DNA of 64,000 nt from Bdellovibrionales bacterium (GTDB lineage Bacteria > Bdellovibrionota > Bdellovibrionia > Bdellovibrionales > UBA1609). The notes beneath the pieces are model-generated. The model was not told the DNA's origin, did not search any database, and saw only the letters and a program-made list of their open reading frames with translations. The position numbers were made by a program, and so were the translations under genes. Location: assembly GCA_965261545.1 (NCBI GenBank), contig CBDHDF010000010.1, forward strand, positions 32,001-96,000. The letters run 5' to 3'. Positions 20,572 to 30,272 of the stretch are shown here, one piece after another. Within the stretch, counting starts at the first letter, position 1; each line of letters starts with the position of its first letter.

Positions 20572-21762
20572 TTACTGCTTCATATGCAAGCCCTTAGCTT
20601 TGTGCCAAGGAAAGCCGATCACATTGTCTTTAGGAGCGAAAGAATCAATAGCAGGAATCACTTGCAAAACCTCTGTTGCACCTTTGACCTCAATCCCACC
20701 GAGCCGAACGTAGATTTGGAAAGTCTTAATATCTCTCCATCCACCAATTTTCATAACGGTGGCCTGATTGACCCCTTGAGCCAACATATGGGTCGCAAAA
20801 CAGGCTCTGAGTGTATGAAATACAACATGCTGATTTATGTTATATTTCTTTAGGAATGTCCTCAAAACCTTTCCGGCTTCACCATTGGTCCATGTCCCAT
20901 GTCTTGGAAGGACAAAGCCTTCAGGGTCACAATGACTATCTCTCTGAAGTTCAGTGATGATCTTCAGAAGGTCATTGGAAATGGGTACATTTCGCCAGTG
21001 ACCAGCTTTGGTGCACTTTATCACTCGCTTGCGATGGCTGTAGGACTTGGAGACCAATATTGTTTGTCGGTCAAAATCAATATCCTTCCACTGCAATGCC
21101 TTCAATTCGCCACTTCTCATCCCAGTCAGAAATGCAAAAGACCAAATGTGATACCAAGGATGCTGCTCTTCTTTAGCTCCTTTGAGAAGGGTTTTAATTT
21201 CTTCTAAGGTGAGAATTTTAGGAACCTTCTCCCCCTTGTCTGAAACATTGACCCCCTCAGTAGGGCTTGAGTGAACACCAATAACCAGCTTTTCCTCAAT
21301 CGCCCACTTGAAGACTACGTTTACAGAGGATTTGATTTTTTTTAGTGAACCTTCCTTGCCTCCACTTTCTTTCGCCTGACTCAAGACAAGTCTTCCATCC
21401 CCCTTAGTGAGTTCAGAAGCCACGCAGTCAAGCCAAAGCTTTGTATAATGGAGCAGTCGGCTTACATGGTCCTTGATGTAATGGGGGTCTTTTTGTTTAT
21501 CTCCGAGAAGCCCTTGCAAAGCATAGATTTCCCAGCGATAAATGATATCCCTCCATTTCAACCCTCGTCCTTCGATCTTATTGATCTCATCTGAAACAGC
21601 TTTAATAAGCCTTTTCTCTTCTTTGCACGCATCCTTAAGGGTCTCTATATTAAATTTATTCTTTTGGACCCTTATAGAAGTGTCTACCTTTCCTCGCCCC
21701 TGAACATAGACTCGGAAAAGCTGATTTCCATTTTTTTCATAAGTTAAAATTGCCATTTTCAA
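20572..21762 (-). CDS. Tyrosine integrase
   Basis: TGMRSGELKALQWKDIDF, FHTLRACFAT, IGGW, catalytic Y in FQIYV. Confidence 0.93.
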   Translation of the reverse strand: MKMAILTYEKNGNQLFRVYVQGRGKVDTSIRVQKNKFNIETLKDACKEEKRLIKAVSDEINKIEGRGLKWRDIIYRWEIYALQGLLGDKQKDPHYIKDHVSRLLHYTKLWLDCVASELTKGDGRLVLSQAKESGGKEGSLKKIKSSVNVVFKWAIEEKLVIGVHSSPTEGVNVSDKGEKVPKILTLEEIKTLLKGAKEEQHPWYHIWSFAFLTGMRSGELKALQWKDIDFDRQTILVSKSYSHRKRVIKCTKAGHWRNVPISNDLLKIITELQRDSHCDPEGFVLPRHGTWTNGEAGKVLRTFLKKYNINQHVVFHTLRACFATHMLAQGVNQATVMKIGGWRDIKTFQIYVRLGGIEVKGATEVLQVIPAIDSFAPKDNVIGFPWHKAKGLHMKQ

Positions 21763-22067
21763 CCTCCCATATGTTGTGAGGTTTCAATGAGCATCTCCAA
21801 CTCTTCTCTTTTAAAATACAGCCTTCGCCTAAACTTTCTTGCTCTCAAAATTCTGCGATATACCAAAATTCTGATGGCATTGACGCTTTTGCGAAGATAG
21901 CGTGCAGTTTCTTCAGTTGTTAACCAAGCTAAATTGTCAAAGAACGCACCAGAACTGCATGTTCCGTCACTTGTTTCATGACTTATTTTTTGATTTACAC
22001 TTTGATCCCTGTCATTTTCTTTTGAACAGTTATTTGTAGCCATATCAATCACTCCTTTGTTAGACAA
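21759..22067 (-). CDS. Excisionase-like HTH protein
   Basis: WLTTEETARYL motif, directly upstream of and overlapping the integrase start. Confidence 0.82.
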   Translation of the reverse strand: MSNKGVIDMATNNCSKENDRDQSVNQKISHETSDGTCSSGAFFDNLAWLTTEETARYLRKSVNAIRILVYRRILRARKFRRRLYFKREELEMLIETSQHMGG

Positions 22068-22139
22068 GTTATAAGCTAAGAAAAATCGAAAAAAATTGAC
22101 TCCATGAGAAGTACATGGGGGAGCCGCTTTGCCACAAAA

Positions 22140-22514
22140 TTAAGATTGATTTTGTGACAAATACTGATCGAAAACCTCCATCATTTTAAGTTCTAGTTGC
22201 TCCTTGGAGCCATTGAACTTGGAGAGCTTTTCCATTAGAAAAACCTCTCTTTTGTCACTGTGTGAGAGTGAATCTTCTTGGGTCTTCTTGACAGTCTTTG
22301 CTAAGAGACTGTCGTCAGCGAGATGGAAAAGGTTCTCAAGAATGTCTCCGGGCTTCACCTTTCTTCCAAAGGGTTTCTTATTAGCTCTATCCACAAGTTT
22401 TGAGATTTTTCTCATAAAGCTCCTGTGAAAGCGAATCATAGAGGATTCACTCTTTTTGGTAACCTTTCTAACTGGATTTAAAATATTGTCTTGCTCGATA
22501 TTATCTTGCTCCAT
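22140..22514 (-). CDS. Hypothetical protein, possible DNA-binding regulator
   Basis: 124-aa ORF with GGAGG RBS, co-oriented with the ICE backbone. Confidence 0.6.
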   Translation of the reverse strand: MEQDNIEQDNILNPVRKVTKKSESSMIRFHRSFMRKISKLVDRANKKPFGRKVKPGDILENLFHLADDSLLAKTVKKTQEDSLSHSDKREVFLMEKLSKFNGSKEQLELKMMEVFDQYLSQNQS

Positions 22515-22748
22515 GCTACCTCCGTCATATTATTTCATTTAATGTTACTTTCTTCCATGTGACTTCTTTTTATATATTTTTCTTTCGTGAGACTTCCTCC
22601 TGTTCTACCTCCTTTCATACGATCTCCCGAGCGTAGGGTTCTATTATGTTTAAACTTGTGTACTTAAATTTGTATTCTTGAATTTGTATGCTTCCACCTG
22701 TACCTATCCTATGTATTTAGTCTTGTATCTATCCGTCTGTATCTAAAC

Positions 22749-24725
22749 CTATATGCTTAAACCACGATCCCTTGTCATAGCCTTTTCTATGGAAATAGTT
22801 GAGACAGAGATATCAAAGGTTTCAAGTTGATTTTTCTGTCGGTCTATAAAACTTTTCTTGTCAAAAAATCCTCTATCTTTCTTGCTGGTTTGTTGCTCTT
22901 GGTCTTCAGAATTAACAAAATCAAGGTTTTTGATGTGTGGACTTGTCGCTAGAAAAATGTGAAAGGCTTGCTCATCCAAGCCCTTCAAGACAAGGGAGGA
23001 CTTTGACATTCCGCTCGATACTTTTCTTCCATGAGCCCTAAGAAAGTGAAGAAAATCCATGTAAACAGTGACACGTCTTCCATGAGAGGAAGGCTCCATA
23101 AATGGAGTCTTTTGTCGTCCGTGGTATTGAGCTTTGTAGCTGTTATCCGAGGTCTGTGTGTACTGAATGGCCTCTTTTTGGTCTTCGTCAGAGTAAAACC
23201 AAATGGCACCTTTTTGATCGACTTGCACTCTTTTTTGCTTAAAAAGATCATCGGCCAGATTCTCGTTGATCTTATGATGTCTAAAGAATTTCTTAATCTT
23301 GGTTTCTGCAATGTGTGGCGACTCTGCTTTTATTTTTGGGATATAAAAGGGCTTGTAGGTCTTTTGGACCTCCCCAAAGTGCTGCTCAAGGAGGAAAAGG
23401 TTTTTGTTGCCTGTAATTTTCGCAATAGCTCCCAAAAAACTTGTGCTTTCATGGAGGCTTACAAGCTCAATCAGTGAGCCCGTGGTTTTGTTCTTTGTGT
23501 TCGTCCATCTATTCCCATGGATGATAACGTGTTCTCGTCCCTTTAAAATCGTTTGTCCTGCTTTGTCTTCTATGCAAGTTATATTATGCCTTTTGCAATA
23601 ATCGAGAATGTCACTGTTTGAAGCCCTTTTTATCTCGCTTATAGGTATAATAGTGTCCCTGAGAGCATCCTCTGAAGGAAGAGGAGTCCTATGGCCACGG
23701 CGATCACTTTTCGTATAAGCTCCATAATTTTTGTTTCCAAGCTTTTGTGCATTTCCTCCAAACATTGATAGTGAATTTGAAGTCTCCGGAGAATCTGAAT
23801 AAATTTGAGAATCTCTTTTTCCATCTTTGAAATTACTAGTTTCACCTTCTTTGAAATTACGATTTTCATCTTTGAAGTTGTTGATCCCATCTCTAATTTT
23901 GTTTCTTACCTGGGGTTGACGTAGAAACAGTTCATCATTGGTCTTGAACTTCTCCATCAAGCCCGGTTTATCATAGTTGGCACCTAGTTTCTTACCTCTG
24001 ATCCCCTTTTCATGTCCTTCATAATGATAGGTGATGATCTTTTCAGTGATAGCCACTTTGACAGACAGTTCGTTTAAAATGCTGACGTACTCATCAAAGC
24101 TTGTCGCATAGCTCCTGGCAAAGTCAGCTTTTTGGAAAAGGTCTAGGCGGTAAGAACTGCCACCTCGACGTTGAATCTCTTTAACTTCTTGAGGAATATT
24201 TCTCTTCCTCTCTTTTTCAGTATTTCTGATAATGGAAAGTCCATTTTCCCTTGAAATATCGTTAGAAATAGCCCTGAGATTGTAGAGGTGTTTCTTTTTG
24301 TTTATTATATCTCTTTTACCTGTTTTTTCGTTCACTGGATTGACTAAAATGTGATTATGAGTCTTGTCTGTATCTGTATGCGTGACCACCATAAATTCAT
24401 GGTCTGGGAAATAGCGTTTGGCTAACTCTGTTCCCATCACATTGATCTTTTCTGCTGACAAATATTTACTCTCTTCAGGACCAAAACTGTGAATAACTTC
24501 AAAGGCTACGTTAAGGATTTGACCTCGACGGGCCTTATCTTTCCCAAAAAATGATTGAGTATATTGAAACTGTGTCACTGCATATCCTTCATTGCAATTG
24601 TAGCAATTTACCACGAGTTCAGTTCCTCTTTCTTTAAGTAAATATGTCTCATAATTTTTGGCCGATAATCCCTTATTCTTAGGGATATCTTTTCGCCACT
24701 TAATTTTTAGGTATGCCATAGTCAT
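22749..24725 (-). CDS. MOBP-type relaxase with C-terminal primase-like extension
   Basis: N-terminal YETYL, HSFGPEE, HUH motif HTDTDKTHNHILVN; C-terminal ILDYCKR...GSLIELV. Confidence 0.88.
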   Translation of the reverse strand: MTMAYLKIKWRKDIPKNKGLSAKNYETYLLKERGTELVVNCYNCNEGYAVTQFQYTQSFFGKDKARRGQILNVAFEVIHSFGPEESKYLSAEKINVMGTELAKRYFPDHEFMVVTHTDTDKTHNHILVNPVNEKTGKRDIINKKKHLYNLRAISNDISRENGLSIIRNTEKERKRNIPQEVKEIQRRGGSSYRLDLFQKADFARSYATSFDEYVSILNELSVKVAITEKIITYHYEGHEKGIRGKKLGANYDKPGLMEKFKTNDELFLRQPQVRNKIRDGINNFKDENRNFKEGETSNFKDGKRDSQIYSDSPETSNSLSMFGGNAQKLGNKNYGAYTKSDRRGHRTPLPSEDALRDTIIPISEIKRASNSDILDYCKRHNITCIEDKAGQTILKGREHVIIHGNRWTNTKNKTTGSLIELVSLHESTSFLGAIAKITGNKNLFLLEQHFGEVQKTYKPFYIPKIKAESPHIAETKIKKFFRHHKINENLADDLFKQKRVQVDQKGAIWFYSDEDQKEAIQYTQTSDNSYKAQYHGRQKTPFMEPSSHGRRVTVYMDFLHFLRAHGRKVSSGMSKSSLVLKGLDEQAFHIFLATSPHIKNLDFVNSEDQEQQTSKKDRGFFDKKSFIDRQKNQLETFDISVSTISIEKAMTRDRGLSI

Positions 24726-25104
24726 AATGAATTTGAAGGGTTAAAGTTTTAAATTGTTCCAAAATTAAATCCAAAGTGTCACTCCATCCATACGTTAAAC
24801 CGGAATTTATCCGTTTCGCTATTTGATTAAGATTATTTCCGATTTTACTTAAGTCTTTTCTCAAAATAGATAGATCATCCTTGTTCACCAGCACTTTCGT
24901 TGAAGGTTTGTCGAAGTAAGACTTCCTTAAGAGTTCAGGGATGGATTTTCCTAATGTTTCACTATCTTTTTTGATTTTGTTATACTCAGAGAGAGACATT
25001 CGCACATGGCTTGAACCACCTTTGGTTGATTTTGTTATGTTGTTTTGACTCATTTGGTCTCCTTTGTTTGTTAGTTTGAGAATTGTATCTTCGCTTTTTT
25101 TCAT
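24700..25104 (-). CDS. mobC: MobC relaxosome accessory protein
   Basis: RHH-like HVRMSLSEY...IPELLR and LSKIGNNLNQIAKRIN. Confidence 0.88.
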   Translation of the reverse strand: MKKSEDTILKLTNKGDQMSQNNITKSTKGGSSHVRMSLSEYNKIKKDSETLGKSIPELLRKSYFDKPSTKVLVNKDDLSILRKDLSKIGNNLNQIAKRINSGLTYGWSDTLDLILEQFKTLTLQIHYDYGIPKN

Positions 25105-25189
25105 ATTTTTTTGTCACATCTTTTTTTTTGGTTTTGTTACAGTTTTGTTATATATTTTTTCCTATTTTAGTTTGGTGTATTTTGGGGTT

Positions 25190-25360
25190 ATTTGGGGTCA
25201 GTTTCGTGATGCAAGTATGGAGATGGGTACCCCTCTCCCAAAAAAGCTCCTGCGGAGCAGGGGGACTGCGCCCCTTTTTTGCTTGTTGAGGGCAAGCCCC
25301 CAAACCCCCTTGATGACTGCTTCGCAGTCCCAAGGTGCTCGCTTCGCTCGCCTTTTCTCG
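25190..25360 (-). promoter_or_regulatory. Candidate oriT region
   Basis: Intergenic gap upstream of mobC with short GC-rich inverted repeats; minus-strand CATACTTGC (about 25211-25219) resembles IncP-family nic sites. Confidence 0.4.
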
Positions 25361-26712
25361 ATGTATTTTCGTCCATCTTTGGTTCATAACGCAGCTCCCG
25401 CAGCCTTCACAGCAAGGCTCGTTTTGTTCGCAGTATTACTAGCTCCGCCAATAAATTCTGGAGCAGATTCTTGTTTGTTTTCCATCAGCATCGGCCTTAA
25501 AAAGAAGAAGACACTTCCCGTTGTGAGACTGGCCACCAATAGTTGAATCCAGGAATAGATGGAGTAAAAATAGTACATCCTTGAACTCACAAGCTTGGCT
25601 CCATAGAGTGAGATTCCATCAGAAAAGCGGCCTAATTCCTCCATTACTTCCACGGACTGGGCCATGCTGGTCATGATGTGGTAGAACAAAACCCACAGGG
25701 GAGTCCAAAGCAGAACGGAAAAATAAAGGACAAACCAATAAACAAGAACCTTCCACTTTCCAGCCACAACAAAGAAAATCAGGAAGGGGAAGATTGCCAC
25801 CAGGGCCAGCTTTATCAGCCCTGCAACATGGGGGGCACGGGCTAAGTGTTCACTGAATCTTTGGCTTCTTGTTGCGGCCTCAGAAGCTCCATGGGTGTCA
25901 GAAAATCCAAGAAAAGACATCACGGCATCGAAGGAAAACAGGCGGTTGAGGTACTGAAAAACCCGTGCCGTTGTGCCTGGAAGTTGGGAGCCTTTCATAA
26001 TGCCCATCACGGATTCTTTATCTTCCAAATAGTGGTTTACGAGCATGTTGGCCATGTGCATATTTTGGGCGGCCTCATCCCTGATGGGGTAGACATGTTT
26101 CCCACTGTTGCGGATAAAAGTGATGTGGTGGGCTATGGCATACTGCTTTAAACCGTTTCGGACTTCTTTTTTCACATCAAGGCAAGAATAAAGGCTATCT
26201 TCTGTTTTGATTTCAATTTCAGAGAGCTTCTGGTCTATGCCATTATCTTGGTTAAAGAAGGCGTTGAGCTTATCTTGGGCACGGGCTTTTCCAATAAGAG
26301 GCAAGGTCTTTTCAAAGCAATTTTCTGTGTAGAAGTGGACAAGCTCTTTGAGGTCTTGGTTCTGAATGGTGGCCGTTCCCGAATACATAATGGCTTTGTA
26401 AAAGAAGTTGGGGGCACCAAGCTGAGAGTGGGTTCTTGCCATCACATGGTCAATGATCCGACCAAGAAAGGCACTGGATTCCTCTGCCGTCCGGCTCAGA
26501 AGGTCAAAGATAAAGCTCACCTTGGCTTGGTCTTTCACATCGCCATAGCGGGTTTTGATGTAGGGGTTATCTTTCCAAGACTCTCCGTAATAATTCTTCA
26601 CCCCCGTGGTGGAACCCACTCGAAGTAGGGAAAGGCCCAGAAATAGACAAAAAATGACTTTGACAAAGGCTGCTAAGGGAATTTGCTTTCGTGTGACAAT
26701 GGTTCCTGGCAT

Positions 26713-28123
26713 CAATGCCGTTTCCTTAAGCCACCACACCCCTCTGCGTTAAGCTATTTCTTTTAAAAGAACTCCCAGCCCTTTTGATAGACCTTTCATA
26801 GCTTCTTTTGAAGTGCCTCCTCTTCTCCATTGAAATCTTCATCAGCAACTTTATCTGCTTCCTAAATTTCTGATAGAGCCCCGCAACAAAAAGAGGGATG
26901 CTATCCATTATGAAATCAAGAATCAGTTTAAAGTTAGGTTTTTTGTAGTCATTTTTCACCAACTGATTCACACTGTCTTCATCCTCATTTATGCTCATTT
27001 GAATCTTTGTATAATTGAAGAGCCAAAAATAAGAATACAGCTCTTGCAATATTCCATTAAGGCTTGTTGAGTGCCACTGCTCCATTTTCATTGTCGATGT
27101 AAAATCACGAAATGTCGTTTCTATTTCCCAACGACGAGAGTAAAGAGCAACCATATCCTTCTTGTCCAAGGAGCCATGCGGAAGATTAGTGGCCAAAACA
27201 GAGAACTCCCCAGTCTTTGGGTTTTTATACTTATAGAGATGAATGACCACCCCCTCAATAACCATTTGTGAATACCAACCTGGGCCATTAAATAAATTTA
27301 CGATGGGGATAAAAGTAGAGCCTCGCTTACAACGCGCAATAAAGAAGTTACTGGCTTGAGCATGGGCCTTAATAATCTCTGTAGATAAATAAAGCCTATC
27401 GTAGAGAGTTATGCTATTACTCTCAAAACTACCTATCATTTGAATAGCATTGGCGATTTCGTTGAGAGCGGGAGAAAAGCAAAGATTCTTTGTCACACCC
27501 GATAAAACGTCATAAGCATGAGATAGATACATACGTAAGAAATGAGTTTCCATCTCATTTGGGCAAGGGTACCCACAATAACCCTCCTTTAAAAGATCTT
27601 TAGAGCGAGGAAGTGCTAATTGGTCGCCATCTATGGCATAGATATAAAAACCATGAAACGTTTTTCTCAATGGTTCGTAGTCTGTAATCAGAGATTCAAA
27701 GATATCTTTGAAAAATAGGTAAGAAATACTTTGACGTATCTTGCTGAGACTGCTTTTGACTGGCATGAGAAGCAGGTCACCAAAATGAGTCCATACCGTC
27801 TTAAGAGCGATTTGGTAGCCTTCGTAATTTGTTCCGGAAATAAGATAGATAATGGTAAAAAAGAAAATTTGAGGATTAAATTTTCGATTCCTTTTTTGTT
27901 TTTCTGGATCGACAAGGTGCTCTGGCTTGAAGGAAGAATCAAGTTTTGGTAGAATAAAATGGTCATCTGTGACGCGAACTCGTCATTTGGGGGCTTTCGA
28001 GATCAATATTGGATTGCATGTGACTTACTCCTTGGTTGAGGGTTGGGTGTAAAATAAAACAAGTCTTATTCTTGTCGATTTATCTAATGATTTCAAGAGA
28101 TTTTTCTTAAGGAAACGGCATTG
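26713..28123 (-). mobile_element. IS4-family element (copy 3, complete, 1411 bp)
   Basis: Same 18-bp IRs as 8635-10051; 11-bp duplication GTTCCTGGCAT at 26702-26712 and 28124-28134. Confidence 0.95.
26726..27766 (-). CDS. IS4-family transposase
   Basis: Almost identical to 8992..10038, 2 aa shorter at the C-terminus. Confidence 0.9.
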   Translation of the reverse strand: MPVKSSLSKIRQSISYLFFKDIFESLITDYEPLRKTFHGFYIYAIDGDQLALPRSKDLLKEGYCGYPCPNEMETHFLRMYLSHAYDVLSGVTKNLCFSPALNEIANAIQMIGSFESNSITLYDRLYLSTEIIKAHAQASNFFIARCKRGSTFIPIVNLFNGPGWYSQMVIEGVVIHLYKYKNPKTGEFSVLATNLPHGSLDKKDMVALYSRRWEIETTFRDFTSTMKMEQWHSTSLNGILQELYSYFWLFNYTKIQMSINEDEDSVNQLVKNDYKKPNFKLILDFIMDSIPLFVAGLYQKFRKQIKLLMKISMEKRRHFKRSYERSIKRAGSSFKRNSLTQRGVVA

Positions 28124-28300
28124 GTTCCTGGCATATAGCGTGAGAAGAATCTGATCGTGGTGATAAAGAAGGCTGTGCCGAAAATAACAAGAACCATAGC
28201 CTTGAAAAAGATTTCTGATGTGATAGCCGCAATAAACTGTGAGTGGAGTTCCAGGCCAAGATATTGGTATAAGGCTTCGTAGGCTGTGTTGCTGAACATA

Positions 28301-29770
28301 TTAGAATCCTCCCTGGTCAGAGTTCGGATCAGAAGAACAAAGAATGCCGTCAGAGCAGTCAAATAGCTGCCTCTGAGAACGCTTAGAATTGATCCTATTG
28401 GCTTCATTGCCCAAAGTCCTCTCTGTGCTCTGGCCTTGATAAAGACGCCCCTCCTTGGTGATCTGAGAGATGACAGCGTTGAGTGGGGTGTTTTGGACCT
28501 CTTGAAGTTGCAAGGTGGCCTCAATGGAGTCTTTGAGCTTCAGCCTCTTCTCTCCAATCTCCTTTTTTCTTGGAGCGGGAAGGTTGGGGTTTTGCTCCAA
28601 AATATTGAGCATATCCAGTGAGCGGTTCATTTCATGGGAGAACTTGGTCAAGGCAATGGAGGAGGCAAGTTTGCGACAATAAGAACCTCTTTTGATAAAT
28701 GGGAGGTAGGACAGGTACCTGATTGTTTGCTTATCAATGTAGGTTTGGCCTTTGTGGCCACCGATGTCTTTAAGGGCTTTTATATCAATCAGGCGATCAA
28801 GGCTTATGCGGTGGGCATTTTTATCAATCTTTTTCAAAAGTCCACGGCACAGTTTCTCATAGGTATCCTTTTCAAGTTCATAAAGCCTTGTTCTGGGAGT
28901 GATGGCTCTACGCCTTGGCCCATATTCCACAGAAATACGGCCTTGACCGACAACAGTGTCCCCCACAAGGGCTTTGATAAGCTCGACAGTGCGTCTTGCT
29001 TCTTTTGAATTGAAACCAGCCCACTTGGCTGAAGACTCAATGAGTTTGTTCTCGTTGGCTTTGAGTCCAAAGCGGCTTCCAGCCCAGTTCGCTAAGTCCA
29101 CAGAGTAGTCTGAACCTGAACGGCACTCCTTCATGGCCTGTTCCATATTTCCTCCATTTTTTTGAATGGCCCTGTGGACACATCCTTGCCGCTCCTGCTT
29201 AAAATCTTCGGTTCGTTGATCGACATATTTGTCAATCAAGGCACATTGATCGAGCCTCATTTGCGAAAGAAAGTTGGCGTTGACTCTTGTGTGCTTGAGG
29301 ATGGAACACCATGTGGGGCTGAAATAGCAAGTAAGTAACATGGGGCTTGCTGCCATGATGTTGTTTCCCAGAGACTCAAAGTATTTGGAGTCCAAAAGGT
29401 TTTTTAAGGCTCCCTGGAGAGTGTTTTTAAAATCAATTCTCCCACAGTCGGCGTCTATACCGAGCTTAAATCCAAGGTCCACCGTTTGGTAATTATCAAA
29501 GATATAATCACTTTCTGGGCTGCGTTCTTTAAACAGGTAGTCCGTTGAGGACATTTCAGAGTTATGCCTGTAGTTAAAGTTCTTAGCCCTTTGAGCCGCG
29601 ACAGCCATTGCTGGTAAAGCTGATAAGGACAATAAGGCTAGGGTTGATGAGAATAAGAATAATGAGACTGATAGGGTGGGTGGAGATAAAAACACCAATA
29701 GGATGAGCCTCATTGTTTTCCATATTCTCATTGTTCTCAATTTCATTGCTTTTAACTTTATTGTTCTCAA
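28301..29770 (-). CDS. TraH-like exported conjugation protein
   Basis: Signal peptide, DADCGRIDF motif (TraH GCGGID-like), several cysteines, upstream of traG. Confidence 0.6.
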   Translation of the reverse strand: MRTIKLKAMKLRTMRIWKTMRLILLVFLSPPTLSVSLFLFSSTLALLSLSALPAMAVAAQRAKNFNYRHNSEMSSTDYLFKERSPESDYIFDNYQTVDLGFKLGIDADCGRIDFKNTLQGALKNLLDSKYFESLGNNIMAASPMLLTCYFSPTWCSILKHTRVNANFLSQMRLDQCALIDKYVDQRTEDFKQERQGCVHRAIQKNGGNMEQAMKECRSGSDYSVDLANWAGSRFGLKANENKLIESSAKWAGFNSKEARRTVELIKALVGDTVVGQGRISVEYGPRRRAITPRTRLYELEKDTYEKLCRGLLKKIDKNAHRISLDRLIDIKALKDIGGHKGQTYIDKQTIRYLSYLPFIKRGSYCRKLASSIALTKFSHEMNRSLDMLNILEQNPNLPAPRKKEIGEKRLKLKDSIEATLQLQEVQNTPLNAVISQITKEGRLYQGQSTERTLGNEANRINSKRSQRQLFDCSDGILCSSDPNSDQGGF

Positions 29771-29782
29771 TTTTCTCTCCTT

Positions 29783-30226
29783 TTATGATTGTTTTCCTTT
29801 ATGATTTATGAACTCCCTAGAATAAAAACTTTCCTTTATGGGAATCGGTATAGGCACCAATGGAAGCCGTATTTTCTGACTCCATTCCTTCTTTCCGGCA
29901 ATCTCCAGAACTAAAACAAGTAAGACATAAATGGAGACCATTTGCCCTAGGAGCAGGATAAAATCTAAGAATTCTATGGGAGCCAAGGGAACCAAGAAGA
30001 TGCTCATATATGTCAAAACCTCGCTTAAAGAAAACAGAGGAAGAAATGTGGTGGCAATGTCATAATCACTCTTCTTAAGACCTGCAAAGTGGATATGAAA
30101 AAGAAGCAAGATGCAATAAACGGGAGAGCCAATGAGCAAATACCCAATGAGTAAGATATACCTTTCCGCATTTTCTCCCATGGAATGATGGATGGATTTT
30201 ATAAAATTTCTGTACTCTTGAGTCAT
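29783..30226 (-). CDS. Small multi-pass membrane protein
   Basis: 147 aa, about three hydrophobic segments, AGGAG RBS, inside the tra operon. Confidence 0.65.
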   Translation of the reverse strand: MTQEYRNFIKSIHHSMGENAERYILLIGYLLIGSPVYCILLLFHIHFAGLKKSDYDIATTFLPLFSLSEVLTYMSIFLVPLAPIEFLDFILLLGQMVSIYVLLVLVLEIAGKKEWSQKIRLPLVPIPIPIKESFYSREFINHKGKQS

Positions 30227-30272
30227 ATTGATCTCCTATCTATTTAGGTTGTGTTATCGTTTGTTGGTTTTC

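Larger units (their letters stand above)
25384..28299 (-). pseudogene. traG: TraG-like (VirB6-like) membrane protein disrupted by IS4
   Basis: MFSNTAYEALYQYLG...RYMPGT continues across the IS into MPGTIVTRKQ; multi-TM protein at the end of the tra operon after traH. Confidence 0.7.

Noticed and set aside
25064..25546. ORFs over the mobC-traG gap
   Set aside because: Overlapping frames on both strands across a probable oriT/promoter region.
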